A stretch of 64,000 bases of DNA from Blepharisma stoltei ATCC 30299 (Eukaryota; Protista; Ciliophora), in assembly GCA_965603825.1 (NCBI GenBank), contig CBFDEM010000021.1, forward strand, positions 496,001-560,000. The letters run 5' to 3'. The position numbers and the translations under genes were made by a program. The notes under the pieces are model-generated. The model did no database searches and was not told the DNA's origin. It saw nothing but the letters and a program-made list of their open reading frames with translations. Below, piece after piece: positions 1 through 14,115 of the stretch (its first letter is position 1; the number at the start of each line of letters is the position of its first letter).

Positions 1-608
1 AACGAGTTTCTGTGAGGAGTCCGTCTCCCAAAAGCTATTGACGCGTATCTGCTTGGTATTACTAAAGAATGACTCGGATTATAAGTTCCTGGAGGAGGAG
101 TTTCTGATCTGGTCTTAACAAAATTTCTGCCCTTAAATGAAAATGATGGGGAGTTTCCTACAGATCTTACATCATAAGAGCCAGGGCCAGGAGTTGATTG
201 CTGCCTAGAATGAGATGATCTTGACGGTGATATTTTAGTAGAAATCCCTAGCTTATCAAAACAGCTTGAAAGTTTATATGCAGTTGGAGGAGGTGAGTCT
301 TTGCCAAATGCATTAGAAGGTGCCGTGCGCTTTCCATAGCCAATGCCTGCTGCGCGTGCCTTCCCTAAGGCTGATTTTATTATAATATATCCAGGACCTG
401 AATTTGTTTTCTCTCCTTTGAAACGATCAGCTTTAGAGAAGCTTCAACAAACCGAATTTTTTCCAATTGTGCTTGCAACTTCATTTATTAATACAATATT
501 TTCATATAAAGAGCTTTGTGAAGTTCTTCTTTCTCTGGCGATTTTAGAGTTCTTTGGGGATTTTGATTTGTTTTTCTTTTTTAATGAAATCGTGTAAGGA
601 TTCGGCAT
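1..608 (-). CDS. PG-rich (SHIPPO/STPG-type) repeat protein, 3' end outside window
   Basis: Manual translation with UGA=Trp from ATG 608 is open to the window edge. It has repeated PGPGSY / PPPGTY / PPPTAY motifs with FSF/FG+R segments. Confidence 0.7.
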
Positions 609-1081
609 AATATTTGCATGAATTAAAATGGAGTTGTTTTAATTTAAAGTAGAGATGCATTAAAAAATGTAGTGAGCTATTTTTTCAGAATATTTAAGAA
701 TTTATATGAAATTTAAGACACTTAAAACAACATTAATTATGCTAGGCTACCAATATGGAAATATTAAAATCGTAAAAATTTGGAGAGGAGAATTCATAAA
801 ATTTCTTGTTAAAATAAAATGATTACCCTATAAACATTAATTTATAATATTTAGCATAAAATTTGCCAAGATAAAACTTTAAATTTTAATAATTCATATA
901 AAGATTGTACTAAATTCTAAAAGTTTAAAAAGCAATCTCTATTTCTTTAAAATCAAATAATTTCTTCTAAAATATGCTTACTAAATTTTTTTAATTAAAT
1001 TTAATCATGAAATGATTATTTTCAATTGCTTTATTCTTCATTGTTTATAAAAGTTCAAAACCTAAAAAGCCTATAATAAAT

Positions 1082-4000
1082 ATGCTGAACCCAGAAGAAG
1101 TTAACTGGAGTGAAATAGTAATTGATGGATCTAATGGTAGACCCATAAGTATATTTCCAAACAATACAGTAATATCTGCTCGATACCATCCTTTGACCCT
1201 TGTTCCACGAAATCTTTTCGAACAGTTTCAAAGATTGCCAAACATTTGATTTTTATTAATTTCAGTTTTTCAACTCGTCAATTGAGATCTCAACCCTGTA
1301 AACTCATGGACAACTATAGCCCCACTTACATTTTTACTCTTTATTTCCCTTATCAAAGTAGCAAAGAATGAATATAACAGACACAAAGAAGACATTAAAA
1401 TTAATTCAGTAGAATATTTATACTGAAATGGCACAACTTTTGAAAAAATCAAATGCGGCGACCTTGAAGTTGGCATGTTTGTGCTTGTGAACGACGGTGA
1501 AACAGTACCAGCTGATATGATTTTATTAGCTTGTAGCAATGAGTCTTGCAAGGTTTATATTGATACCACAAGTGTAATAGGAAATGGGAATTTAATTGAA
1601 AGAGAAGCTTTGTCAGAAACTCAAAAATTTTTAAGCGCTGGAGTTGAGCTAGGAGCAAAACTTGAGAAAATGTATGGATCAGTTAAAGTTGAAGAAGCCA
1701 ACAGTGATATTTCTAGTTTTCAAGGACTTATGATATTAGCTGGGCATCCAAAAGGAATTGATGTTAATATTCAGCAGTTGCTAGTTAGAGGCTCAGTCTT
1801 GAAAAATACAACTTGGGCTCTTGGATTTGTAGTTTATGCTGGGGAAAACTGCAAAATACAAATGAATATACGATACCAGCTGAAAAAGACAAGCAACTTA
1901 GAGAAGCGACTGAACAAATGGGTTATATATATATTGCTCTTTGAAATCATTTTGGTTATAATATCAATGTTTTTATACTTTTATGCCTCAGAAAGTTCAT
2001 TTGGAAACTACATTTTTCCTGAAGCTTTGGTTGTATTTTTAATACTCTACAGCAATATTTTTCCTATTTCATTATTTGTAGTGATGGATATTATCAGATT
2101 ATTTCAATGCAAATTAATTTCATATGAATTATCTGAAAATGTTGATGTCAAATGTTCAGATGTTAACGAAAATTTAGGACAAGTAGAGTATATAATAACA
2201 GATAAAACTGGGACATTGACTGAAAATCAATTGATGCTTAAAGCATGCTTTATAGGGCTCGAAGAATATATTGATGAAGAGTATCTGTCAGATGTCATTG
2301 AAAATCGTGGATCAGCTGTTTCTGAAGAGCAAAGACTTACACATTTTAAAACTATCAATGAAATTTCGTCCTTTACTAAACATACATATAAAGAGAGTTA
2401 CGGACAAGAAATGCATGATCACGAAAACACCTTTGAAAAATTTCGGGGAATCCTTGAAAAAGAAGATTCAAGCTCTCTTAAAACTCATTTCGTTCGATGC
2501 CTTGCTATGTGCAATTCATTAACAATTCAGTGGAATAAGTATTATGGACCTTCAGCTGATGAAATTGCATTAGCTGAAGGGGCAGTTAGACTTGGATTTA
2601 TCCTGCGTAACAAACTGGACGACCAAATTGAACTAGAGGGTCCAGATGGATCTTTTATATTCACAGTAATAGATAACTCTGAATTTGACCCAGAAACTCA
2701 AATATCAAAAATTATTGTTAAAGAAAATGGAGAAGAGAATGCTTATTTGTACATAAAAGGCTCACAAATTGCAATGAGTGAGCATTTTGAACAGGAAACT
2801 GACCTTCTCAACACAATTAATACCCAAATTGATAGGCTAGGCAAAAGTGGTTTAAGGACTATGATTTTAGCATATAGGAAACTTTCTCCGTCAGAACTCG
2901 CAGAATTTCAAAAAAAGGTCCAAGCTGCTAAAAACTCATTGCTTAACCAAAAATTGAGAATCGAAAATGCTTATAAAGATTTAGAAGAAAATTTGAATTT
3001 TTTAGGAATCACAGGAATTGAAGATGTAGTGCTCCAAGACACAAAAGCAACAATAAATGATTTAAGAGAAGCAGGAATTAAAATCTGAATGGCAAGTGGA
3101 GATAATGAGAATTCTTGCATATCGGCTGCTAGAACTTGCCAATTAATCACGCATGAACCTATTATTAAGCTTCAAAATTTGGCAGCCGCTCATCAGGTAT
3201 ACAGAGCTTTGCAAAATGGGCTAGAGAATTATGTTTTTCACGGAAAACTAAGAAAAGATGAAAGGAGAGATAGCATATCAAATTATATAGTTAGTGATCA
3301 CAATGGAAGAGACATAGATGACAGTTTACAAGAATCCCAACATGCAGATAAGTCGGATGCATGGCAAAGCGAAAAATTAGATGTGCGAAATAGCAGTCAA
3401 GCATTTAAAAACAATGCTTTTAAGAAATTCACAAGAATCGGAGCTGTATATGAAGATATCGATTTAGGAAACTTTACACCAAGCCAGGTTGATTTTGTTG
3501 TATCTTGCGATAGAATGTCGTTTAGAAATGCTGTAGAAGACGATAAGGCAAGAAAATTACTTGTAGCTTTACTTTTTACAGCTAAGTTTGTCTGCTTTTC
3601 TGGGATGATGCCAAAAGATAAATCTGATGTTGTGAAGTTATTAAAAACCAGCTTTGATTTTGATCCAGTAGTGCTGGCAGTAGGTGATGGAAATAGCGAT
3701 ATTGCAATGCTTCAAGAAGCTGATATAGGTATAGGCATTACTGGAAAAGAAGAAAGTCAAGCTAAAAATTACGCAGAGCTTTCCATATCTCATTTTGCTT
3801 TCCTGAAAAAATTATTACTTGTACATGGGCACTGGAACTATAGCAAGATGAGCCAAGTAGTTCTGCTATTTTTATACAAAAACTTTTTAATGACTATGAT
3901 TATTTTTGGATTCTTTTTAGCATCTGATTATTCAGGGTTTTCAATTTTCAATGGAGGGCTTATCGTTGGCTTCAATATCTTCTATACCATTTTGCCTATA

Positions 4001-7000
4001 ATTTCTTTAGGAATCTTTAATCAGCGAGTTTCTTCAGAGCAAATTTTATTATGTCCTCAAATTTACTCAAAAGGGATCAATAATGAGTTCCTTAATTGGA
4101 AAAAATTATTGTTTTATATCATTTTAGGACTTATTCATACAGCAGCTGTTTTCTTGCTTGTGGTTAGTGTTAACCTTTATATTGTTAAAGACTCAGGATT
4201 TACTTCAGATTTGTTTTTGCTTGAGTTCAGCCTATATCCATGTATGGTATTAACAGTATTATGCCAGATTTGAAAGGAAACAAATGTCATAAACTGGATC
4301 ACTATAACTCAATTTATTTTTTCTATCGGGCTAATGATAGGATATTTAAGCATAACAAATGCACATGATTTTACCAGTTCTCAACTTCGAGGTGCTGGAG
4401 ACGAATTAAATGATTCCCCTGCGAATATTGCGGCGATTATTATTATTCCCCTGATTTGCTATGTAATTTCTAGTTCTTATGATTATATTCACAATTTTTT
4501 ACTTCATGGAGATTTTGAAGCAAGCAGAATAATGCCAGAAATTGGAGGCAAGTTTAATCGATTAAAAAATTACGCATCGAACCTTGAAAAAATCTATGTT
4601 GAGTCTTCGGCATGAAAAAATGAAATGGAAGTAAATGGATTTCAAATGAAAAAATATTCTATGCATTTTTATGCAGCACATATAGAAAGAAAGTATAGAG
4701 AAAGATATACAGGTGAACATTTAATGTTTTTTAGGAAAGTATTTTTCCAGATTGCGATTTTATTAGCAGCTTTTACAATCGCTGTAGGAGCTATTGGAAA
4801 AACAAGGGCAGCCTCAGCAGGGGCTATAATAACTTTTAGCCAGCTTGTAGCTTTAGGACTTTCGTTTACTAAGTATTTCAAACAACATTATATTATGGCT
4901 TGCTTATTTTGAATGTGCTGTGCAATTTTAGTAAAGTTCATAATGGAAATGTCGTTTCAAATGGAATTGGCACTGATCACATGTATGCTAACAGAATTTT
5001 CATATTTTGTGTTCGATGTAAACTGAATGGCTATGACTTCCTTAAACATCATTAACGTGTTTCTATATATCATATCTTGTGGCGTCTCCACATATGGCTC
5101 TGGCAATTCATCAGAACATGTAGCTCTTGACATTTTGACCTATTGCACTTTAGTCCTTTCTATTACCATCACATCATCTATTTCTTCTCGAGAAATCGAA
5201 AAATCCAAAAGAATGGAACAAAAGCTCCTTCATGATATTGAGGCTGAATTCGAAAGTAATACCTCCATTTTAAGTCAGCTTTTGCCATCGTTTATTAGAA
5301 ACCGTGTAAAAGAAGGCACAAGATATATTGCAGAAGACCAAGGAGAAGTCACAGTTGTATTTTGCGATATTTGTGATTTTGATAAAATTTGCAAAGAATA
5401 TACCCCTGAAGAATTAACCTCATTCCTTGATTCATTTTTCCAAACACTTGACCAGATGTGTGAAACTAATGGAATAACGAAAATTGAGACTGTTGGGAAA
5501 ACTTATATGGCTTGTGCAGGATTAAGGGATTTTGATACTGACTTAAGTGAAGAGCTGGCGAAAATTCCACACACAAGAAGGGCCATAGAGATGAGCTTAG
5601 CTATTTTGGATCTTGTACAGAATATTGAATTAAAATTTGGCGGAAAGCTACAAGTAAAAATAGGGATCAACAGTGGAAAGGTCACTGCAGGAGTTGTAGG
5701 CCATCATAAGCCACAGTTTTCACTAGTTGGTGACACCGTTAACACAGCATCACGCATGTGCTCTACTATTGATTTACCTAACCAAATCCAAATTACGACT
5801 GAAGCTTACAATAGCCTTGGTGATACCAAAGGACTATCTTTTTTAAGAAATGAGGTAGAAGCAAAAGGCAAAGGAATAATGAAAACCTTCTTTGTTTACA
5901 CAGATAAAAATAGTGAGCAATTCCTTGATTCAAACATAATGGAACCGATGAAAAGTGGCAAAAAATCATCATTTATGGTCCCTTCACTTGGAAATATAAC
6001 CACAGCTGGAACTAGAAATTCTTATTCAGCAAATAATGAAGGCGAAAATTCTACGAAAAGAACTCAAGAAACTTTTCGAGAAAAATTTGAGGTCACATTA
6101 AAATCTCAAAATGAGCAAAATAAAGCTGAAAATAGAGTAATTAATTTCAATTTTCAAGAAACTGAGAACGAAAAAGATCTCAGGCTGGCTAAAACAAAAG
6201 AAAATGCAAGAGTGCTATTTTATGGACTTATTATTGCTTTGGTGACATATTGTTTATTATTGCTATACTATGGATTGAAATATGGATATATAAGTGGGTA
6301 TGATTATAATTCTATACTTATAGGTAGAATCCTTGATGTAGCATTTTTGCTGATTTGCTTATTGGCTCGCAAGAAATGATATAAACTTAGATTTTTTCCT
6401 CTATTAATCGTCCTATGCTTGTTTTGGCTACTCATTGTAGTCATATTTAATATTAGCTATAACACTGCTGCACAAACTGACATGTCGGCATTAGAAATTA
6501 TGTATCTGATTGTAATTTTATCACATGTCTCTGATGGAAATTTCATTACTCATTGCATAGCTCTCATAGTAATTTTTTTCTCATGGCTTGGATTCGCAGT
6601 CGATAATGGTAAGGCTGAAGAATATGCTTTAAATATTGTCATTGTAGCTAGCTCAGCCTTTATTAATATAATTGCAAGCTATACAAGAGAGAAAAAGGCC
6701 AGAATAAATTTTAATCTAGCTAAAGCTGCGAACTTAGAAAACCAGAAAACTGAGCAACTACTGTCATTCATGATGCCAAAGTTCGTCTTAGAAAAATATA
6801 AGCAATTTCGTGCGACAACTGACAGACTATTTCAAGTTACTCTGCTTTTTGCAGATATTGTTGGTTTTACGGCCTGGAGTTCTGATAAAACTCCTATAGA
6901 GGTCGTAGAAATGCTATCCAACCTCTTCACCCGTTTTGATAAAAAATGCATAGAATTTAATGTTTATAAAGTCCACACAATTGGAGACTGCTATGTTGTT

Positions 7001-7405
7001 ATGGGAATCACAAATGATATTCACAGAGATGTGGCTACTGAGTGCTTAAATATGCTAAAAATGGCACAAGCCATGATAAATATTATAAATCAAGTCAATG
7101 AGGAGCATAATTCTAGCTTAAATATGAGGATTGGCCTTCATACAGGAGAAGTTATAGCTGGAATTATAGGGACTACTGTTGTCAGATATGATATTTATGG
7201 TCCTGATATGCTACTGGCTAATAAAATGGAAAGTGGTGGAGAAGCAGGAAAAATCAATGTGAGCGAGGTCACCAGAGAAATTTTAGATGCGAGAATTCCT
7301 GATAAACTGCAATATACATTCAATAGAGAAACTGTAGTAAAAAGCATTGACAGAGTAGTGAAAAGCTATTTTGTAACAACTCCAAGTGATTTATTTTTAC
7401 TCTAA
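1082..7405 (+). CDS. P4-type ATPase (flippase)-guanylyl cyclase fusion, alveolate type, 2107 aa
   Basis: Six track ORFs share one frame and are separated only by TGA. Motifs: NLFEQFQR, DKTGTLT, GIKI(W=TGA)MASGD, GDGNSD, then two class III cyclase domains (KIETVGKTY...GDTVNTASRM and KVHTIGDCY...YDIYG). Confidence 0.95.
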
Positions 7406-7603
7406 AAATTATCTCGAGCCACGCATAAATATACATTTTACCAGAAATATATTACCATTATCAATAAATTCATTAATAGATTTATTTTATATAGCAAATA
7501 ATGCGTCTGATATAGTAAATTAGCTCAGTTTTATATATTTATGATTAATTATGAATGAATTTTCTTGATACCCTAATTAAATTTAAGAATTAAATTATCG
7601 AAA

Positions 7604-9130
7604 ATGATTTTCAGCCCTAAATCTGCTTCTAGATCCAAAAGTTTTGAAATTGACGTGTCTAAATCTCAAACTCTCAAAAAGTCGACATTAAAGACTAGAA
7701 GTATCTTTAGAGCCCAAGAATTCGATATTTTCAATCGATCGCAAGATTTGTCTCCAGACGAGCGAGCGTATTTAAAAACTGCATTGGCTTCTCCAAAGTA
7801 CGAAAAAATGCCCCAGCTGTACTCTGCTATGGAAATTTTGAAAGAACGGCTAAAAAAAGACAAAAATAACTCCCCATCCCAATCGACATCGTTTCATCGG
7901 TTTTCCCACAATTCGCCAAAAAGCGAAAAATTGGGTCCAGGATATTATGAAAAATTTGACAGTAGTTTTGGCCCATCTTATGAATTTTCTAATATTGCTA
8001 GATCTGGAGATCAAGTGAATCACAAAATATTGAGTTTTCGTTACCTTAAAAGAAGTTTAACACCTGATAGACTAGAAAGCATTCTTAAGCACACTGTTGA
8101 TCTGGAAAATTATTGAAAATCAGCAAAAGAAAAGACCAAAGCTCATAATGAAAAAGTTTACTTAAAAAAGATGTGTAAGGTTGAAGGAGAAAGAAAAGAG
8201 TTTGATAAAAAAAGAAGAGAGTTACGTATCAAATATGATCAAAAATTGATAAAAATTCGAAAACTTGAAGCTATGGTGGTTAAGAAGAATTGATTGACTG
8301 TATTTAGTATATACTCGAGCTTAAACACAATTTATTACAGGATTAACAATAGAAAAATATTAAAATCAAATTCAAAAAAATGGCTCTATTTGTTATATTA
8401 TTTCTGCAAACTTTTTGGAAACATTCATAGGAAAATAAAAAAAATCAGAAAAAGGATAGCAAATAAAGTGAAATTTATATAGGCAATCTTAGGAATAACA
8501 AAAATTACAGTAACTTGAATTTACAGGAGAAGGCAAGAATTTTTATGGTGTCTTTTTCAAATCATAGAAAGATGCAAAACAAGAAATACATTATATTTAA
8601 TGATGTTTACTTGGCTGGGGAAAATATCTGAAATCCAAAGATTTTTCAAATTTTATCGCCCAATTTTGGAAGCAAGAAAAAAATGTTTAAAATTATTATG
8701 GGAAAAAGTTTGAAAAGAGCTTGAGTATGATGAATTTGTAGTTCCAAGAAGACTGACATCTAATAATAGAGCTGGATCTACTCAGCAAGCTATTACTCAT
8801 ATAGAATTTTCAATAAAAGAAAAATATATGAACGAATATCTTCACGATCGACTAAAAGTCCAAGCCAGAATGATGAGCAACTATGTTGAAATGAGTCGTA
8901 ATGTCAATAAAAAATTCCGCAGACATATGGGCTTCTGACACAATGAAGCTTCAATACAAGGGTTTGGTAGAAATTTAGTCATGGTTTCATATCCTAAGCC
9001 ATATCTAAAACTCTACTCTTCAGTTGATATTTATTTGACTTACATTAAAAGAGCCAAAGCTGATTCTATGATAGCAAAAGAAATTTCTTTAAGAAAGAAA
9101 AATCCAAGGTACTTTACAGTACTTAACTAA
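7604..9130 (+). CDS. Hypothetical basic protein with one 15-nt intron
   Basis: Open with UGA=Trp after removing intron 8468-8482, which contains the in-frame TAG; ends TAA 9128-9130. Confidence 0.7.
8468..8482 (+). other. 15-nt spliceosomal intron GTGAAATTTATATAG
   Basis: GT-AG with A at -6; removal extends the ORF by about 215 codons. Confidence 0.75.
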
Positions 9131-9183
9131 TATTTTAATTAGTTATTAACCATTGATAATTATCGATTTTAAATGAGAGTATC

Positions 9184-10158
9184 TTAAATAAATAGCATTT
9201 GATAATCCGATAGCAGAGGTATACTTTGGGTCATTTTATAAATTGCTGATACTTGTAGCCCGCTTTTTAATGCGTAGTCACTTCCTGTATACCCCCACCA
9301 ATCCCAACAGCCTTGAGGATTTGCTATTATATCTACCGCTACTTGAGGATAAATAACAATTATATTATTTGCTTCAGCATATCCATTCAGCCCATTATTA
9401 CTCACAAATCTGTCCCCAACCGAGTTATAATTTTGCAAGCATCCATGAATTGCGACATGAACCAAACACTCGTTATTGATATTTTGGCATCCACTCGGTA
9501 TATATATGAATCCAGTATTTTCCATCACTGCTTGGGTGATATCAACATATATGGTCTGGTCAAACTGTCTTAGATTTTCTACTAGAGGAGTAACTGCAGG
9601 TTTTATATTCCCATAAATTTGATATAGAATGTGGCCTGCTGCATCTAAATTGCAATTGTTAATAAACGGCCAGCCAAGATACACACATAGGCCTCCGTAT
9701 GAATTTGTAACCCAAGAATGTTGAGCTGCGACGTTGTAAACAGAGGTTATTTTATAAGAAGGAATAAAGGATTCGTAAAATTTTTGAAGCTGCTTTACAA
9801 TATGCTGGTTCACAACTGTATCTAAAAGCCCAGAAAAAATCCAAATTCCTTTTGTATTGGCTTTCAGGTTATTATAGTCATCAATAGTGCCTTCTCTTGA
9901 TTGCTCCTGGGTATATCGAATAAGTGGGCTTATATCTAGCAAATAAGGAGTTGTTGCACATGCTGTAGATGCAATCACTAAGGAGTTTTTTGCACAGTAA
10001 TAAGGAGGGCCAGCAATAATCCCTGCTCCTGTACAGTCTGCTGAGTGAGCAACATGGAGTTGAACTGCCATAGCTGCACCTGAGCTCACTCCAGATACTG
10101 AAAATTGTTTTGAGTATGCTAAAGTGGAGACGAATAAGATAAGAAAAAGCTTAGACAT
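9184..10158 (-). CDS. Secreted poly(3-hydroxybutyrate) depolymerase-like esterase
   Basis: Signal-peptide-like N-terminus, SGVSSG lipase box, HGC and GCWDWWG motifs. Confidence 0.8.
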   Translation of the reverse strand: MSKLFLILFVSTLAYSKQFSVSGVSSGAAMAVQLHVAHSADCTGAGIIAGPPYYCAKNSLVIASTACATTPYLLDISPLIRYTQEQSREGTIDDYNNLKANTKGIWIFSGLLDTVVNQHIVKQLQKFYESFIPSYKITSVYNVAAQHSWVTNSYGGLCVYLGWPFINNCNLDAAGHILYQIYGNIKPAVTPLVENLRQFDQTIYVDITQAVMENTGFIYIPSGCQNINNECLVHVAIHGCLQNYNSVGDRFVSNNGLNGYAEANNIIVIYPQVAVDIIANPQGCWDWWGYTGSDYALKSGLQVSAIYKMTQSIPLLSDYQMLFI

Positions 10159-10566
10159 ATTTTACAAATCTATAAATATGTTCTAGACTAACCCAGAGCT
10201 AATCTGTAAAGAACTTGATGCTTTACCTAAATCAGAAAACATTGAAATATACAGATCTAACTAAAAGCTTAAGAGGATGATGATCTCTTGGACTGGTTCA
10301 AGGTGTCATGGGCATCTCTCCAACAAGAAACTTAAAGATCTGAACCCCTTTCTTGGAGGAAATTAGGGTGTATCTGTTCAGATTAAATAAATTGATAAGT
10401 CATTTTCAATCTTATAAAATCTTAAGCCAATTTTGTTAGTTAATAATTTTAAAGAATTATTGATGTATCTATACTAAAAGAAATATTAATTTATTTATTT
10501 ATTAAATTTAAGCTATCATTATTAGATTATTTATTTACAGCAGTTGATTAAATAAATTTAATTTAT

Positions 10567-11319
10567 TTAAACTTTTTCATATTCAGAGTTTGCATATTTT
10601 ATTTGTGAATAGGTCTATATAAAGCTTACTGATTTACCCCAACTTTTGCCTTTTCTTACAATTGTTTTCATCTCTTTCCAAACAGGCCCGCTTGGCGCTA
10701 CTTGATTGGTTTCCTCTTCATCTCAATAGTCATCTTCAAAAATGCAAGTCATACATGCAAATAGCGTAGAAACTACTAAAATTGCTCCTAAAATGCTTCA
10801 AACTACTCTAAGTCACACAAAAGGAGTATATTTCTGAGGACAGCCCATATACGTTTTCTTGGAAAATTCTACTTCACAGGTATCAGTGCGACTTGCAAGC
10901 TCAAAATCGTATTCATCATCACTGCAAAGCAATTCAATCGTCGTTTTCTTATAGGTTGCATGCTCATTCCAAGAGTAGCACATTTCTTTAGTCCAATATT
11001 CTATTGCAATTCCTTTATTATGATGATTTATCCACCTAAACGAAACTTTATCAGTTGTCCCTACAACTTCGCAGTAATCCGAAAATTTTGATTTTTTTAT
11101 TGCAGAGGCTTTCTGGCCTTTGCAAGTTTCTTTTAAGTTCGCACCAACATTAAAAATATAAAAGATATCTCCAGCATCCACAATATAAGGGTCACTTAAT
11201 AAACGTTACTTTGGATCTCTCATTAATTCGTCCCAACTAAATTCTTCACTTGTTTCTGGATTCAAGTGATACATAGGGTCTTCTGCTATCACATAAATAA
11301 ACAAGAGTGTGATAATCAT
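10567..11319 (-). CDS. Type I membrane protein, mannose-6-phosphate-receptor-homology (ATG27/MPR-like)
   Basis: Signal peptide, Cys-patterned luminal domain (TTIELLC...TCEVEF...GCP), one TM segment and a C-terminal YEKV sorting motif. Requires introns 11195-11209 and 10615-10629. Confidence 0.65.
10615..10629 (-). other. 15-nt intron GTAAGCTTTATATAG
   Basis: GT-AG with A at -6; removes an in-frame TAG. Confidence 0.8.
11195..11209 (-). other. 15-nt intron GTAACGTTTATTAAG
   Basis: Joins the signal-peptide exon to the main exon and removes an in-frame TAA. Confidence 0.8.
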
Positions 11320-11549
11320 AAATGACTAAAATATTTTTGACATTTTTTATCTCAATTATAATAATAAAAATATGATGAATATTCCATCTGAATCTTGAAG
11401 ATATGGAATTCCCCTCTCTGATCCTTTCATTGCATAAAAATTGTTCTACTTCTATAAATCTAATATAGCATTCCTTAAATTCTTATAAATTCGATTAATC
11501 TCACTTTTTTGCTCAATTGAAGAATGGCCTACCTTATGGATAATACAAA

Positions 11550-14081
11550 ATGTCTAGTCTGGGCGAAATCTTATTAAACGCTCAATCGGCAGATCCCAAT
11601 ATCAGAAATGCAGCCTCAGACTTACTTCAAACCCAAAAACAAGCAAACTCTGCAAGCTACATTCTGGATCTTTCCAATGTGCTAGCTTCTCAAACTGAGC
11701 ATAAAGTCTCTAGGCAGCTTGCAGGAATCAACCTGAAAAATGTGCTTGCAAATACAAATGATGAAGAATTCTTAATTAATGTCTGGGACAAGGTTGACGT
11801 AAATACTAAAACAATCATCCGCAATAATACTTTAGGCACTTTGGCAAGTGAAGATAGAGATATCAGATTAAGTGCATCTCAAGCTGTCGCTGCCATTGCT
11901 AAGCGCGACTTATCTAAAGGTGAATGGACTGATATTGTTGGTATTTTGATAGCAAATGCATCAAACGTGAATCTAAATTTCAGACTCGCCAGCTTAATGA
12001 CGATGGGGTACATTTGTGAGGGGACCTCTCCAGAAACTCTTAGATCAGACTTGTCAAATGCTATTCTTAGTTCATATGCTGCAAATATTTCCTCTGAAGA
12101 AAATAACCAAGAAGTAAAATTAACAGCCCTTAAAGCTCTTAAAAATTCTTTACAATTCGCCAAAGGAATAATGCAAAATAATAATGAGAGAGAATATTTT
12201 TTAAATTTAATTTTCCAAGCTTGCGTTTTTCAGAATCAACAAGTAAAAAGAGAAGGCTTTTCAATTTTATGCGAAATTGTAAGAATTTATTATGATTTTA
12301 TTTCTCATCAACTGCAAGCAATTGGGAATGTCACATTTGAGGCTATTGCAAAAGAAACCCAAGAAATAGGAGTCATGGCCTTAGAAGTATGGTACTTAAT
12401 AGGAGAAACTGAATTAGAAAGATCTGAACAAAATACTCCTGATGCCCCAGTAAGAGGCTATATCATGATGGCTAGCGATTCTATTGTACCTTTACTGCTA
12501 AATAATATAAGTAGGGGAACCTTTGAAGAAGATGAATGGGACCTCAGTAAAGCTTGCGCCTGAACTCTTGGCATAATAACTCAGTTGACAAAAGACAAGT
12601 GCATAAATTATTCAATCCATTATATCACTTCAAATCTTGCTAATTCAGAGTTAAAGCTCCGTCTCAGCTCGATTATGATTTTAAGCTCTATTTTAGAAGG
12701 TCCTAGCCCAAACAAGCTGATATCATTAATAAACCCTTCACTCCAAAAATTACTCACTCTAATGAGTGATGAATCTCCGCTTGTGCGTGAAACCACAGCT
12801 TGGGCAATTTCAAGAATTTGTGAATATCAATCTTTATCAATAACTCAGCCTTCGACGTTTAACACTTTATTGCAAACTTTATTAAACTCACTAAAAGACT
12901 GGCCCAAAATTGCGACTCATTGCTGCTGGGCACTGATTAAACTTATTGAGCATACAGCTGAGCTGGGCTACTTTAAAGCGAATATTTTCGACCACGTTTT
13001 GCAAGAACTCTCAGTTGCTGCAACCAGAAAAGACACGTATTCAGCTGAGCATAACCTCGAATTAGCTTCATATACAGCGATATCAACTTTAATAGAAAAA
13101 TCCAGCAAAGACTGCATCCCTCTTATAGCTGCAAAAATTCCTATTTTTATTAGTATGCTTAAACAGTCTGCAGCCCAGCAAAATAATGATTATTTGCAAG
13201 GAGCGTTAGCGTCTTTACTGGGCTCTTGCTTTTTAAAAATTTCTTCTGAAAATATGACTGAGGAGCTCAGCAATTCATTTATTGAAGCTTTAATACAAAC
13301 TTTTACAGTTAGAAATACAGTTTATGGGGAAGGATTGCAAGCTCTTGGAAATTTCGCGGATTTATTACAACAAAGGTTCGCTGGGTATTTGCAAATGGTT
13401 GGGCCATATCTCGCATGGAGCTTACAGAAAACCGATGCTGAAGAATTGTGCTTGGCAGGTACAATTGTGATTGGAGATATAGCTAGAGCGTTAGGAGACC
13501 AAAGCAAAATCGTGATTGGAGACTTAATTTCACCATTGATAGGCAACTTACAAAATAATTTAGCAAGCTCAAATGTCAAAATCAGAAGCATCGAATCACT
13601 TGCAGACGTCGCTTCCAATACAAAAGAAGCTTTTGTCCCTTATGCTAGTCAAGCTCTAAGCATCATTGAAGCAGCTGCAAACCAATGCATAAAAATCATT
13701 AAAGAGCAAGATGATCCAGATCTTTATGAATATTTTGCAAGCCTAAGAGAAGCAATTTTGATTTTCTACGAGAGTTTTATACAAGGATTATTAAGTGGAG
13801 GCCAAGGTGAAGTTTTATTGCCATATGCTCCTCTTGTTGTTCAATTTGCCCAAACAGTGACTCAAGATATAATGAAACCAACGACAGTAAGTTTTACATA
13901 GGAATGCCATAGAGCTGCTATAGGGATTTATGGTGATATTGCTGATGAATTTAAAGAAAGGTCAAGAGAGTTCATTAAAACTCAAAACATTTTAAACTAT
14001 ATTCAGAAATTTAAACAATCCAATAACCCAAGGATTAGAGATGTTGCCATTTGGGCATCTACAAAGATTAATTCAATCTAA
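11550..14081 (+). CDS. KPNB1: Importin beta-1 (karyopherin beta) family
   Basis: IBN_N-like N-terminus (RQLAGINLKN), HEAT repeats, VRETTAWAISRI. One TGA readthrough and intron 13887-13901; ends TAA 14079-14081. Confidence 0.88.
13887..13901 (+). other. 15-nt intron GTAAGTTTTACATAG
   Basis: Removal restores the importin-beta C-terminus (AAIGIYGDIA...WA). Confidence 0.9.
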
Positions 14082-14115
14082 AATTAAAATTTGATCAGTA
14101 AATTATTATCAAAAC

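Noticed and set aside
10270-10350. Possible C/D snoRNA (ATGATGA ... CTGA)
   Set aside because: The boxes are present, but I could not identify an rRNA-complementary guide or a convincing terminal stem; needs an Infernal/snoscan search.
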